A stretch of DNA of 64,000 nt from an uncultured Azospirillum sp. (GTDB taxonomy: Bacteria > Pseudomonadota > Alphaproteobacteria > RF32 > CAG-239). The stretch lies in NCBI GenBank assembly GCA_902489795.1, contig CABUBU010000003.1, positions 8,484 through 72,483 on the forward strand, written 5' to 3'. This document shows positions 36,501-45,700 of this stretch, one piece after another (the first letter of the stretch is position 1; each line of letters begins with the position of its first letter). The notes beneath the pieces are model-generated. The model did no database searches. It was not told the DNA's origin and saw nothing but the letters and a program-made list of their open reading frames with translations. The position numbers were made by a program, and so were the translations under genes.

Positions 36501-37585
36501 CGGAAAAAACGGCGGTGCTGAACCCTTCCGGCAAGCTGATCGGTCATTTGTTTCCCGACGGACACGTCTATGACGCCAAAGGCGTATCAATGGGCAAAAT
36601 GTACAGTGACGGCATGAGCTTTTACAACCATGTGCCGGGCAATCCAGCAGCTTCCGGGCTGATTGCCGATTTTGACGGCAATATCGTTGGCCAGACCGGC
36701 TACAACGGCGAAGTCGTCAACCGTTTCGGCGAAAGACTCGGCAGGGTGGATGCCAAAGGTGTCTTCTTTGACGCAAACGGCGAATACAAGGGGGCGGTGC
36801 TCAAACGCGGCGCGGCCATCGGCTATGACGGTGCGTTCCTCGGCTACAGCCTGACCGACGGCCGGGTGGTGAATTTTGACGGCAAAACGGTCGGCCGCAG
36901 TTCTTCCGACGGCAAGGTGCTGAATTCGGATCTGGAAGTGGTCGGAGAGGTTATCCCCGAAAACATCGTCATTGACATCTGGGGCGCCTACAAGGGGCGG
37001 GTCAATTCTCTAGGCGACGTAATCGACCTTAAAAACAATAACGTAACCGCCATTTTGCCGGGTGGTTCGACCGACAAGAACCTGAGTCTGCTCAAACGCG
37101 GCGCGGTCATTGACTTCGGCGGCAAGGTGATCGGCACGGTCATGCCCGACGGCAGTGTAATTGACGTCTTGAACATCAATATTGGCCGGGTTTTGTCCGA
37201 CGGCAGCGTGATCAACAATTCAGGTAAGCTGATCGGCGAAGTAATTGACGGCGACATCGTCATCGACGACGCGGACAAAGTGGTCGGCAGCGTCAACTTT
37301 GCCGGCATTGTCACCGGCCGCAGCGGCGAAGTGATCGGCCGCAGCCTGTCTTCCGATCTGGCGGTGGACAATAACGATGCCGTTCTGGGACGGATTTATA
37401 AAATCGGTACCGCCATTCTCGGCAATGACGGCCAGTATGCCGGACGCCTGCGTTATGACGGCAGCGTCATCGGCCGCGACGGCAAAATCATCGGCTACCT
37501 GAAAAGCAACGGTTCGTTTGTCAATCTGGATAAAAAAGTTGCCGGCTACGCTTTACAGGAAGTGGCTAAAAATCGGAGGAACTAG
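33518..37585 (+). CDS. Membrane-anchored giant short-repeat protein (1,355 aa)
   Basis: It has an ATGA overlap with the virB9 stop. An N-terminal TM helix (IILAVGITSFVVFLFGLYLLF) is followed by an Ig/ASH-like segment (PNPVPLGQVVLGTDAKNVLTLGTNGKTSVMIISV...CDVTMSWTPVVAGNV). Then come dozens of ~13-residue units centred on D-x-D/N-G-N-V/I-I-G. Confidence 0.85.
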   Translation: MSKEVLTHSESYIKKTNRIILAVGITSFVVFLFGLYLLFSSDEPIDEYEEPVFTDNDDALNVVDNTPVQESIEFSTVGNTEVPLTATPNPVPLGQVVLGTDAKNVLTLGTNGKTSVMIISVQLAEAPFDGFEFNDNCSGKLLRGKETCDVTMSWTPVVAGNVQNNFIVSWHESNVSQNSAKAEKVPVYGNAVNKEDCNFCETVPGASGSGTATAPTAKKMQRAIVGPGGAVIGYADEDGYVYDENGNVIGRVNENGLAVDGEGNIIGVANNRKLVYDDNNNVIGYVNPDGTMVDVDGNVTGRMLPDGTVVDNDGNVVGKAVDMGYVYDENGNIIGRVMPDGTVVDLNGNVIGRVNEKGEVVDADGNVIGHVTKSGQVAVDGDGNIIGVVMPDGSVVDANGEVVGRVDENGNVIADKNLDAKSVRRRLAYDKDGNVMGYVDEKGNVVDFDGNTIGRSRPDGTLVNLRGEEIGSAGTAGNLLAYDKDGKVMGYVDDDGSVIGADGKKIGELLPDGSLVDGQGNVIGRVDNSGRRLAYDKDGNIIGYIDENGNVVDFAGNVIGKVQPDGSIVDADGNVIGKAGPAYQRLAYDKDGNIIGYIDENGNVVDFDGNVIGKMLEDGTIVDENGNIIGRAGTVNRKLAYDKDGNVIGYVDENGNVVDFNGNVIGKMLPDGTIVDLDGNPIGEVAGFSQIVLDKFGKISGYVGKNGEVYDKDGNIVGYVDENGNVVNSTQTILGRLIQEQMIPVTPQGEILGKVNSNGTVENDRKQIVGRILSNGLVKNPSGSKIVARLVRGGLVVGLGCKNIGYLEKDGVIRKSNEDTGYKVNADGVVVDESGAYVGEVVTPGPVFDNTCTMIGEVDTDGIVRDGGGSYVGCVNPDGTVLDEKGEIVGGVSRSGIALSYDGNFLGTVNSNGLVFSPQGEAVGCVGTYGDVFDKKGGYVGRVLENTYAYDLEGNFLNMVNESGRVSIKGQSAGKLLAHNVLVDENNKIIGVAMPEKTAVLNPSGKLIGHLFPDGHVYDAKGVSMGKMYSDGMSFYNHVPGNPAASGLIADFDGNIVGQTGYNGEVVNRFGERLGRVDAKGVFFDANGEYKGAVLKRGAAIGYDGAFLGYSLTDGRVVNFDGKTVGRSSSDGKVLNSDLEVVGEVIPENIVIDIWGAYKGRVNSLGDVIDLKNNNVTAILPGGSTDKNLSLLKRGAVIDFGGKVIGTVMPDGSVIDVLNINIGRVLSDGSVINNSGKLIGEVIDGDIVIDDADKVVGSVNFAGIVTGRSGEVIGRSLSSDLAVDNNDAVLGRIYKIGTAILGNDGQYAGRLRYDGSVIGRDGKIIGYLKSNGSFVNLDKKVAGYALQEVAKNRRN

Positions 37586-37587
37586 CA

Positions 37588-40500
37588 TTGAAACTTAAGT
37601 TGGGCAAAATCTTGACGTTATCAGTGAAAACCGCAGCGGCAGTCGGCTGTCTGGCTTTTAGCGTTTCCGTTGCTTCGGCTCAGGAAATCACCGCCATTGA
37701 CTTTAACGGCGACCTAATCGGCAAAGTAATCCCCGATGGCAAGGTCGTCAGCTTTGAAAACCAGCTGATCGGCAACATTACGGCCGACAGTCTGATCGTC
37801 AATTTTGAAGGCAACCTGATCGGCGGCGTGGTGCCGAAAGGGATTGCCATCGGCAACGACAACCGTTTGCTCGGCAAGGTGAACAATGACGGTACCGTGC
37901 GTCTGGCCACCGGCAAAATAGTCGGCAAGGTGCTGCCCAACGGTTTGGTCGTCGATGACCGCTTTTCGGTTTTGGGTGCGGTGCTGTTTCCCGGTTTGGT
38001 TTATTCCGACAGCGGCGAAACCGTCGGCCGGCTGACCGGTGACGGCTTGTATTCCAATCTGCAGGGACAGAACATCGGCTTTGTTTCCCCCGACGGTTAT
38101 GCTTACCGCCGGGTCGGTAACGATTATGTGATCGACGGCCGGCTGATTTCCTCCAAAATGGTGATTGACGCAGGGGGCAAGTTTATCGGCAGCATTGCTC
38201 CGGGCGGCAAAGTGACGGATTTTGAGGGCAAGGCGATCGGTCTGATCAAAGCCAACGGTTTTGCCTACGATAATCAGGATAAGATTATCGGCCGCATCGT
38301 CAAATCGGGCTATGCTTTCGATAACGGCGGCAAATATATCGGTTTTGTAACTTACAACGGCGAGGTCGTCGCCAAAAACAAGGTGATCGGACGCCTGCTG
38401 ATTGACGGTACCATTGCCGATGCCAAAGGCGAAGTTATCGGCTATATGGCGGACATCGCATCGACGGTGACGGACGCCGCCGGCAAATATGTCGGTCGCA
38501 TTATGCCGGAAGGACGGATTGCCAAAGCGCGCAATTTTGTCGGCACTATGGGGCCGCGGGGACTGGTTTTCGGCGCCGACGGGGTCGAAAATGGCCGGTT
38601 GGCGGTAACCGGACCGGTGTTTGACTATCGCGGCACCTTAAAGGGACACGCCTTAAGAAACGGGCAGGTAATTCTGCTTGGCGGCACGCCGGTAGGTACC
38701 GTTTACGGCAGCCGCGCTTCCGACTATAACGGCCGCGGCATCGGCATGACTTTTGAAACCCGTCTGGTCGTCGATTCCTTAAACCGGGCGCTGGGTGTTA
38801 ACGGCATCGGCTCCGCCTATATCGACGGAGAAGAAAAGAAATTTCTGTCGCCTTTCGGTTATGTTTATAATGCGGACGGCGGCATCGACGGCAACCTGCT
38901 GCCGCTGGGCGGAATCTATAATTTGAGCGGCAAGACGGTCGCTTTTGTGCATCCGAACGGCGAAATGGTCAATAACAACGCGATAATCAGCGGACGGCTG
39001 ACGCAATACGGCTACGGCGTTGATGAAAAAAACCTGATTCTCGGTAAAAATATCGATGTCGGCTATGCCGTTGATGATCGGGGAAACAGTCTGGGCATTC
39101 TGGCGGACGGCAATATGCTGCTCGACAAGTCGTTGAAGACCGTCGGCAAAATTTTGCCCGACGACGAAGTCGTTTCCGACCTGAATAACCCGAATGCCAT
39201 GATGCCGGTTGTCGGCAAAGCGCGTGCCCGCAGCCTGGCGCTTGGTTTTCAGGGACGTTTTATCGGTTATGTGGACAGTAGCGGAACGGTTCGCGACACG
39301 GGCGCTTCCGTCGTCGGCAAAGCCGGTGCGGGAGACGTTGTTTTTGACAACGGTGGCATTGTTGTAGGCGGCACCGTTTCTTATATGCCGGTGATTGATG
39401 ATCAATGTGAGTTTGTCGGAGTGACGGCGGCGCAGGGCGAAGTCCGCAACTACCGCGAAGTCAATATGGGACGTCTTTTGCCCAACGGACAGGTTTTTTC
39501 AGTCAACAATACGATTATCGGTCATGCGGTAATACCGGGTGTGGTGATTGACTTTAACGGCAATATGGTAGGCACTGTTTCTGCCAACGGTAAGGTGCTG
39601 AATTACGCCAACCAGAACCTCGGCTGCCTCAACCGCCGCGGTCAGCTTTTGAACGGCAAAGGTGCGCAGACTGGTAAACGGGTGGAAGTGGCACCGGTGA
39701 TGAATTTCAACAATGTGATTACCGGTCGCTCAACGCTCGACGGTACCGTAATTAACGCTCAAAACAGTGTCATCGGTTATATTCGTCCGGACGATTCTGT
39801 CAGTTCCAAAACCGGGCTGCCGACCGGCATTTTGTTCAAATACCGTTTTGCTTTCGGCAATGACAACAAGCTGATCGGCACTGTCAACGACAAAGCGGAA
39901 GTGATCAACGGTCGCGGCGAAAAGAGCGGTATGGTCGATTTCGACGGCAATGTCGTCATCGGCGGCGAAAAGGCGGGATATGCCCTTTATGACATGTATA
40001 TTTACGACAACAATGATATGGTCAGCGGCTATATTACCGCCGACGGACAGGTGCTGTCGCTGAGCAATCAGAATCTTGGCGCCCTGACCAGAGGTTTTCT
40101 GGTCAACAAGAAAGGCAAAGCGATCGGTCGCGGCAACCGTGATTTCCATATCCGTGACAATTTGAACGCCATTCTCGGCGAACTGAGGCTTGACGGTCGG
40201 GTTCTGAGTGCGGAAAACGAGCTGGTCGGCACCTTGGGGGCTTCCGGCGACATCATTTCCGCCGCCGGCGAGGTGATTGCCCGCGCCCGACCGCTGCAGT
40301 TTTACGAAGCGGTGAAAAGACAGCCAATTTATGACAAGGACGGCAACATTATCGGTTATGTTTCGCCCCGCTTACAGGCGGTGGACGCCAAGGGCAGGGT
40401 GATCGGCCGCATCAGCGCCGATGAGCAGCAGCTTGCCATTGCTGCCGATGGCAGGGTTCTGGGGCATATTGACGCCAACGGCAACGTACTTGACAAGGAC

Positions 40501-42588
40501 GGTAAGGTTGTTGGCAAACTTCTTCCTGATGGAAGTATTGCAGCCATCTCGTCCGTCATTGGCCAAGTTGATGAAAAAGAGCGAACGCTTGCATTTGATG
40601 CATCTGGAAACCTCTTGGGTTATGTCGATGACAATGGTAATGTTGTTGATAGCAAGGGAAATATTGTAGGCAAGGTTAACGAAAAGAACGAGGTTGTTGA
40701 TCTTAGCGGAAATGTGGTAGGCAAAGCAGATCCTTCAAAGAAAGGAAAAATTGCTCGTGATAAATCCGGAAATATTATCGGTTATGCAGATGAAAGCGGA
40801 AATGTGTTTGGCAAAGACGGTAAGATCATCGGTACGGTCAGTGCTGACGGCAGCGTCATTGAAAAAGGTGCACAGATCATAGGTATGGCCGGAGAAAAGC
40901 GCAAACTGGTTTATGACAAAAACAACAAAGTTATCGGTTATGTCGACGCCAAAGGAAAAGTGCTTGATTTTAACGGCAATGTTGTCGGTGAAGCGGTTGA
41001 AGGCGGGGAAATTGTTGACGCCCGCGGCAATGTCATCGGTCAACTGAACAAAGACGGTTCGGCCATCAGTCTGGACGGTTCGGTGATCGGCAATACCAAA
41101 TTGAACTGGTATGAGAAGCCGCAGCCCGCTCAGCCGGTGGAGTTGCCGGAAGTCGGCGCGCGAGAGGTTGCCGACGTCGGTCAGTTCAAACGTTCGCTGA
41201 ACATTGCGTTGACGCCGGACGGCGAATATCTGGGCGATATTCTGGAAGACGGCAATGTCGTTGACAAAAAGGGAACGGTTATCGGCAAATTGCTGCCGGA
41301 CGGTTTGATCGTAGACGGCGAAGGCTCGCTGATCGGTATTGAAGAAGCGGCCAAAAAAGCCGATACCGGCGAAATGTTCGTTCCGGCCGGAACTTTCGGC
41401 CAGGGCGGCGCGTACGGCACCGGTACCGGCGGCGGCAACCTCGGTCCCGGCGGCGGTTTTGGTCCGGGCGAGCGTTATGATCCGCAGCGGGCGGCGGCTT
41501 TGCAGACGGCGCAAAACGAGCGCCGGCAGGGAATGTACGTCGGCAAAATCAGTTCCAGCATCCGCAAGGAGGCGTTTGACGGCTACCAGAAAGACTGGCA
41601 GGAACAGGGCATTGACAAGGTTATTTCTTCCTGGCGGGTGGACATGAGCGAAATGATTTTGGCCGACAAGCCGATTCCGGCTGTTATTGCCCGTTCCATC
41701 GATACGCAGAACCCGGTGCCGATTACGGCGTTTGTTGAGCGCAACGTCTATGCCGAAGACGGCAGGAACATCGTCATTCCGGCCGGCAGCCGGCTGATGG
41801 GCGAACTCGGCGGCACTGCCGGCGGCGGTGGTACCGAAACCGCTTCGGAATCCGCGCGCATTACCATTGTCTGGCAGCGGCTGATTCGTCCCGACGGCGT
41901 ATTGTTTACCTTCCAGGGCGAAACCGGTGACGCGCAGGGACGCGGCGGCGCGCTGGGTTATGTTGACCAGCAGCTTGGCAAGAAATACGGCATGCCGCTG
42001 ATTACCACGCTTTTAACCAGCGCAACCAGCTATATGATGGCGACCGATGAAGAAGAAAGCACCATGGATTCGGAAACGTCCCGTCAACAGGCGGCCAATG
42101 ACGCGCGTCAGAATTTCATTGACCAGATGAACCAGATTTTTGAAATGATCCTGTCCGACAAGACCAACATCCGCGCGCTGACCTATGTTCCGGCCGGTAC
42201 CCGTATCATCGTCTATCCGAAAGTCGACCTGTGGCTGAGAACGCTGGAGCGTGATGCCGATGCCTCGACCAACATGAAGAAGAAAGATGTGCTGATCGAC
42301 GATAAGGAAGCACAGGATCGTATTGCCACGCAGGCGGCTGAACGTCGGATCAAACAGGCCGGCGGTGGTGGCGGCTCGGCTTCCTCTCAGGTCGTTTACG
42401 AATCTGAGAAAGCTGAAGTTCAGCCGGTTCTGCTGGAGGACAGCAGCGCCAAACAGTCTGGCCGCGCGCCGGCTTCGACGGTCGGTGCCACGCCTCCGCC
42501 TCCGCCGAGTATGGGCGGCGGTTCGTCTTCTTCGTCGTCTTCTTCTTCTTCTTCTTCATCAAGCAGCGGCGTACCGCAGTTGTTTTAA
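37588..42588 (+). CDS. virB10: VirB10/TrbI-family protein with a ~1,200-aa N-terminal short-repeat region and a poly-Ser tail
   Basis: It has a TTG start with a GGAGGA RBS and an N-terminal signal/anchor sequence. The same G-x-x-I-G short repeats run through about aa 30-1170, followed by a Gly-rich linker. The TrbI/VirB10 domain reads KPIPAVIARSIDTQNPVPITAFVERNVYAEDGRNIVIPAGSRLMGE...ARITIVWQRLIRPDGVLFTFQGETGDAQGRGGALGYVDQQLGKKYG. The C-terminus is GGGS(16)GVPQLF. Confidence 0.9.
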   Translation: MKLKLGKILTLSVKTAAAVGCLAFSVSVASAQEITAIDFNGDLIGKVIPDGKVVSFENQLIGNITADSLIVNFEGNLIGGVVPKGIAIGNDNRLLGKVNNDGTVRLATGKIVGKVLPNGLVVDDRFSVLGAVLFPGLVYSDSGETVGRLTGDGLYSNLQGQNIGFVSPDGYAYRRVGNDYVIDGRLISSKMVIDAGGKFIGSIAPGGKVTDFEGKAIGLIKANGFAYDNQDKIIGRIVKSGYAFDNGGKYIGFVTYNGEVVAKNKVIGRLLIDGTIADAKGEVIGYMADIASTVTDAAGKYVGRIMPEGRIAKARNFVGTMGPRGLVFGADGVENGRLAVTGPVFDYRGTLKGHALRNGQVILLGGTPVGTVYGSRASDYNGRGIGMTFETRLVVDSLNRALGVNGIGSAYIDGEEKKFLSPFGYVYNADGGIDGNLLPLGGIYNLSGKTVAFVHPNGEMVNNNAIISGRLTQYGYGVDEKNLILGKNIDVGYAVDDRGNSLGILADGNMLLDKSLKTVGKILPDDEVVSDLNNPNAMMPVVGKARARSLALGFQGRFIGYVDSSGTVRDTGASVVGKAGAGDVVFDNGGIVVGGTVSYMPVIDDQCEFVGVTAAQGEVRNYREVNMGRLLPNGQVFSVNNTIIGHAVIPGVVIDFNGNMVGTVSANGKVLNYANQNLGCLNRRGQLLNGKGAQTGKRVEVAPVMNFNNVITGRSTLDGTVINAQNSVIGYIRPDDSVSSKTGLPTGILFKYRFAFGNDNKLIGTVNDKAEVINGRGEKSGMVDFDGNVVIGGEKAGYALYDMYIYDNNDMVSGYITADGQVLSLSNQNLGALTRGFLVNKKGKAIGRGNRDFHIRDNLNAILGELRLDGRVLSAENELVGTLGASGDIISAAGEVIARARPLQFYEAVKRQPIYDKDGNIIGYVSPRLQAVDAKGRVIGRISADEQQLAIAADGRVLGHIDANGNVLDKDGKVVGKLLPDGSIAAISSVIGQVDEKERTLAFDASGNLLGYVDDNGNVVDSKGNIVGKVNEKNEVVDLSGNVVGKADPSKKGKIARDKSGNIIGYADESGNVFGKDGKIIGTVSADGSVIEKGAQIIGMAGEKRKLVYDKNNKVIGYVDAKGKVLDFNGNVVGEAVEGGEIVDARGNVIGQLNKDGSAISLDGSVIGNTKLNWYEKPQPAQPVELPEVGAREVADVGQFKRSLNIALTPDGEYLGDILEDGNVVDKKGTVIGKLLPDGLIVDGEGSLIGIEEAAKKADTGEMFVPAGTFGQGGAYGTGTGGGNLGPGGGFGPGERYDPQRAAALQTAQNERRQGMYVGKISSSIRKEAFDGYQKDWQEQGIDKVISSWRVDMSEMILADKPIPAVIARSIDTQNPVPITAFVERNVYAEDGRNIVIPAGSRLMGELGGTAGGGGTETASESARITIVWQRLIRPDGVLFTFQGETGDAQGRGGALGYVDQQLGKKYGMPLITTLLTSATSYMMATDEEESTMDSETSRQQAANDARQNFIDQMNQIFEMILSDKTNIRALTYVPAGTRIIVYPKVDLWLRTLERDADASTNMKKKDVLIDDKEAQDRIATQAAERRIKQAGGGGGSASSQVVYESEKAEVQPVLLEDSSAKQSGRAPASTVGATPPPPPSMGGGSSSSSSSSSSSSSSSGVPQLF

Positions 42589-42597
42589 GGAGGTTAC

Positions 42598-43566
42598 ATG
42601 AGCTTTGAAGTATTGGAATCTGTTCTGCGACCGCTTTCGTACTGGTACAATCAGGACAATATCGAAGAAGTGGCAATCAACCGCGCCGGCCAGGTCTGGC
42701 TGCGCTTGCGCGGCAAACGCGCCTACCCCTGGGTGATGTACAAGGACGAAAAGCTGACGAAGGAATATCTGACCGATTTGCTTTATATTGTCGCCAACAC
42801 CTATGAAATTCCGTTTGATCCGGTTGCCGGCAGTCCGGTGGTTTATGCCAGCATTCCCGGCGAACACCGTTTTTCCGCCATTTGCGGCAAAAACGTGATG
42901 TATGACGAAGAAGATCTGACCGGCGGTATTGCGCTTACCATCCGCGTGCACAGTGACGACGTGGCTTTCGGCTTGGGCGACTACGGTTTAAAGCAGGGGG
43001 AAAAGCTTCATCAGATCAATCCGCTGAAAACGATCAAGGATCCGGAAGATCCTTATGAACGGCTGCTGCTCAGCATCAAGCGCGGCGATCATATTCTGGT
43101 CAGCGGTGCGACTTCTACCGGTAAAACGACGTTTTTGAACAACCTGCTGAAGATTTTGGATATTCATAAACGGATCATCACCATTGAAGATACGCGAGAA
43201 CTGCTGGTTCCGCATCCTAACCGCACCCATATCGTGATGTCGCGTACCGAACAGACAAACCAGTTTGACTATGCCAAAATTATCGACTTGGTGGTACGTT
43301 TTACGCCCGACGCGATTATCGGCGGCGAAATTTCCACCAGTAACGCCGGCGCGCTTTGGGAACTGATGGGATCCGGCCACGACAACTGTCTGGCCACCAT
43401 CCACGCGGAAAGTTCGACCGCCGCTTACGAGGCTTTTGTCGATCGTATTCTGCATACTTATCCGACCATGGATCGCAAGAAAACGATTGAGGAAATGCAC
43501 CATAAGCTGCGGGTCGTGCAAATCAACCGTGACGGCAACCTGCGCGCGGTAACGGAAGTTACTTAG
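42598..43566 (+). CDS. virB11: VirB11-family T4SS ATPase
   Basis: Walker A is GATSTGKTTFLN, followed by ITIEDTRELL and a His-box region GSGHDNCLATIHAESS. The protein is 322 aa with an AAGGAGG RBS. Confidence 0.95.
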   Translation: MSFEVLESVLRPLSYWYNQDNIEEVAINRAGQVWLRLRGKRAYPWVMYKDEKLTKEYLTDLLYIVANTYEIPFDPVAGSPVVYASIPGEHRFSAICGKNVMYDEEDLTGGIALTIRVHSDDVAFGLGDYGLKQGEKLHQINPLKTIKDPEDPYERLLLSIKRGDHILVSGATSTGKTTFLNNLLKILDIHKRIITIEDTRELLVPHPNRTHIVMSRTEQTNQFDYAKIIDLVVRFTPDAIIGGEISTSNAGALWELMGSGHDNCLATIHAESSTAAYEAFVDRILHTYPTMDRKKTIEEMHHKLRVVQINRDGNLRAVTEVT

Positions 43567-43592
43567 AGCGGGAATTTCCATGTTTTTTTATC

Positions 43593-43622
43593 AAAGCCGA
43601 AACCTTGGTTTTCGGCTTTTTT
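43593..43622 (+). terminator. Rho-independent terminator ending the T4SS operon
   Basis: aaagccgaaaacc-ttgg-ttttcggcttt is followed by a T run. Confidence 0.8.
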
Positions 43623-43668
43623 GTAACGGAAAAACCCTGCGCCGGGTGCATGGTTGAGGAGAGCTTAC

Positions 43669-43950
43669 TGCTTTTTTCCATTTCGCTCTTTGTCGTTTCC
43701 CTTTCCTTGCTTTCTGCCCTTCTTTTTTCCGCCCTTCCCACCTTTTCCGCTTTGCTCTCCCTCTTTTTCTTTTTCGTTTCCCTTTCCCTTTCACTTTCAC
43801 TTTCACTTTATCTTCTTTCTGCCCTTCTTTTTCCCGCTTTTCCCCCCTTTCCCGCTTTGCTCTCCCTCTTCCTGCTTTTTCTTTTTCGTTTCCCTTTCCT
43901 TGCTTTCTGCCCTTCTTTTTTCGCTCTTTTCATCTTTCCCGTTTTGCTCA
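43669..43950. repeat. Polypyrimidine (CT-rich) degenerate modular repeat tract, + strand
   Basis: Modules such as tttcccgctttgctctccctctt..ctttttcgtttccctttccttgctttctgcccttcttttttc recur two to three times. All six frames give low-complexity pseudo-ORFs. Confidence 0.75.
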
Positions 43951-44167
43951 TTGCGTATATAAAACTCCTTCGCCATTGTAAGAAAGACGATCCGGCAATT
44001 GTCTTAAAAAGCAAAGGCGTTTTTTGAATGTGTGTACTGTTTGCACATATGATGCGGATTCCGAAAATACCTTGTTTCTTCGTCCCGAAATATCGAAGAA
44101 AGGCGTTTTAGGGCAGACGTCGTCTGGAAATAGGAGCTATATTTAGGGAACGATGCCGACGGAAAGG
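43949..44167. repeat. Left arm of a perfect 219-bp inverted repeat (partner 46287-46505)
   Basis: A base-by-base comparison of 43949-44167 with the reverse complement of 46287-46505 showed no mismatch. Identity stops abruptly at 44168/46286. Confidence 0.9.
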
Positions 44168-44473
44168 AGTAGAAATTGTTAAGACCGAAGTTTGTCCGGA
44201 CATATTCATATGTTACGGGAGATACCACCTGAATATTCTGTAAGCTCAATAATGGGGTATCTCAAAGGTAAAAGCAGTCTTATGATATACGAAAGATGGG
44301 GAAATGCGAAGTTTCGATATAGAAACCGAGAGTTTGGGTGTAAAGGGCACTATGTCGATACCGGTGGAAAGAATACCCAAAAGATAGCCGAGTATATCCG
44401 AAATCAACTTAAAGAAAGCGCGGAGAAAAGTCAGTTGACTATGGATTTTGATCCGTTTACGGCAAGCCGGTAA
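44028..44473 (+). pseudogene. tnpA: IS200/IS605-family Y1 transposase (TnpA) pseudogene
   Basis: The sequence AHMMRIPKIPCFFVPKYRRKAF*GRRRLEIGAIFRERCRRKGVEIVKTEVCPD / (frameshift) HIHMLREIPPEYSVSSIMGYLKGKSSLMIYERWGNAKFRYRNREFGCKGHYVDTGGKNTQKIAEYIRNQLKE is colinear with Salmonella IS200 TnpA. It has an in-frame TAG at the conserved Tyr and a 1-nt deletion in the HUH region. Confidence 0.85.
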
Positions 44474-45331
44474 TAGTCGCCTTATCAGTCCCTCTTATGC
44501 CTTTAAGACGTTGCCGGCACCGTGAGGATTATATCCGTATACGAAAAACCGTGCGTTTTACACGGGAACCTTTTGCCGCGCATGATGCGAATGGATCGGC
44601 ACTGGCGTAATTATGTTCGACGGCCGGCAAACGATGGTGCAATTTTTCGTTTTTTCTCATTTCAGCTGCTTTTTGATCAAAAGACAAAACGGCTTTTCCT
44701 GCCGGGTAAGGCATGCGCTTAAAAACTTTTATAACAGTCTGCTTGTTTTGTGAGCAAAACCGGTTTTTTCTGCGGGCAGGAGGAAAACGTGCCGAAAAGC
44801 TTATTTTAAAATTGAAGGTTAGATGTTGTCGTTTTTAAAATAAAAGTTGTTATATTTATCAAGTTCTGTTTTTGCTTTAATTTAAAGAAAGCGGTATATA
44901 TCCTTGGTCGCAGAGGTGTGAGAAGAAATGCCGGGTACATATATCCCTGCATGTAGGGATTTTTGCCGTTCTTCAAATAGTTGTTGCTTTTGGCAAAATT
45001 ATTGTTTAACTTGAAAAACAGGCAGCAATGTTGCTGCTCAGCATCCGAGAGGATGCGGAGTCGTAGAAAGCTCTCGCATAACCGGTATTAGCGGATATCA
45101 TACCGTGAAACTGTCGGCCGCATTGTCCGTACAGTTTGTATATCCCCTGCCAAGCCAAGGCCGGGGAGCTTTAAGCAATGTCCAGAAACCCTCAGGTTTT
45201 AAAGGCTTAAGGGATCATAGTTATGCATGATTTTTCTACCTCTCCGACCACCTTCTGGTGGTTTTTGTTTTATTTGCGAACGAAAACGGAAAGGTGGTCA
45301 GATTTTTGGTAAAAAATTTGAGGAACAGACT

Positions 45332-45700
45332 ATGACTAACCCTGTTAAAAACTATCGTGCCCGCACGCCCAACAACCAGCCTAACCCGATAGACGTTTTT
45401 ATCGGCGGCAGGATCCGCTATTTCCGCAAGCTTCGGCATGTAAGCCAGGTCGAACTGGCCGGCTCGGTAGGAACAACCTTTCAGCAGGTACAAAAATACG
45501 AAAACGGCAATAATCGCGTGTCCGGCAGTCGTCTGTGGATGATCAGCCAGGTGCTGCAGGTTCCGGTCAGCCTGTTTTTTGAAGGCATAAACGTCAAAAC
45601 CGGACGTTCTTCGGTCAAAATCATTTCCGGCAAAGAAGAAGCTGTTTATTGTCCGCCGGATAAGTTTATGCCGTTGCAGGTACAGAGAAAGAAACCGTAA
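45332..45700 (+). CDS. XRE-family helix-turn-helix transcriptional regulator
   Basis: A GAGGA RBS precedes it. IDVFIGGRIRYFRKLRHVSQVELAGSVGTTFQQVQKYENGNNRVSGSRLWMISQVLQVPVSLFFEG is a classic HTH_3 domain of the type common in Alphaproteobacteria. Confidence 0.85.
   Translation: MTNPVKNYRARTPNNQPNPIDVFIGGRIRYFRKLRHVSQVELAGSVGTTFQQVQKYENGNNRVSGSRLWMISQVLQVPVSLFFEGINVKTGRSSVKIISGKEEAVYCPPDKFMPLQVQRKKP

Noticed and set aside
42532-42579. Poly-Ser-encoding TCT/TCG run at the VirB10 3' end as a frameshifting contingency locus
   Set aside because: The repeat unit is a trinucleotide, so slippage would only change Ser number without switching the frame. It is noted under the VirB10 feature instead.
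1947-44099. Stop-codon reassignment (TAA/TAG read as Tyr), because both in-frame stops (bioG 1947-1949, tnpA ~44097-44099) align with conserved Tyr
   Set aside because: Tyr codons are one transversion away from TAA and TAG, so this is the expected nonsense route. More than 45 other genes here end cleanly at TAA, TAG or TGA at family-typical lengths. The tnpA copy also carries a frameshift.
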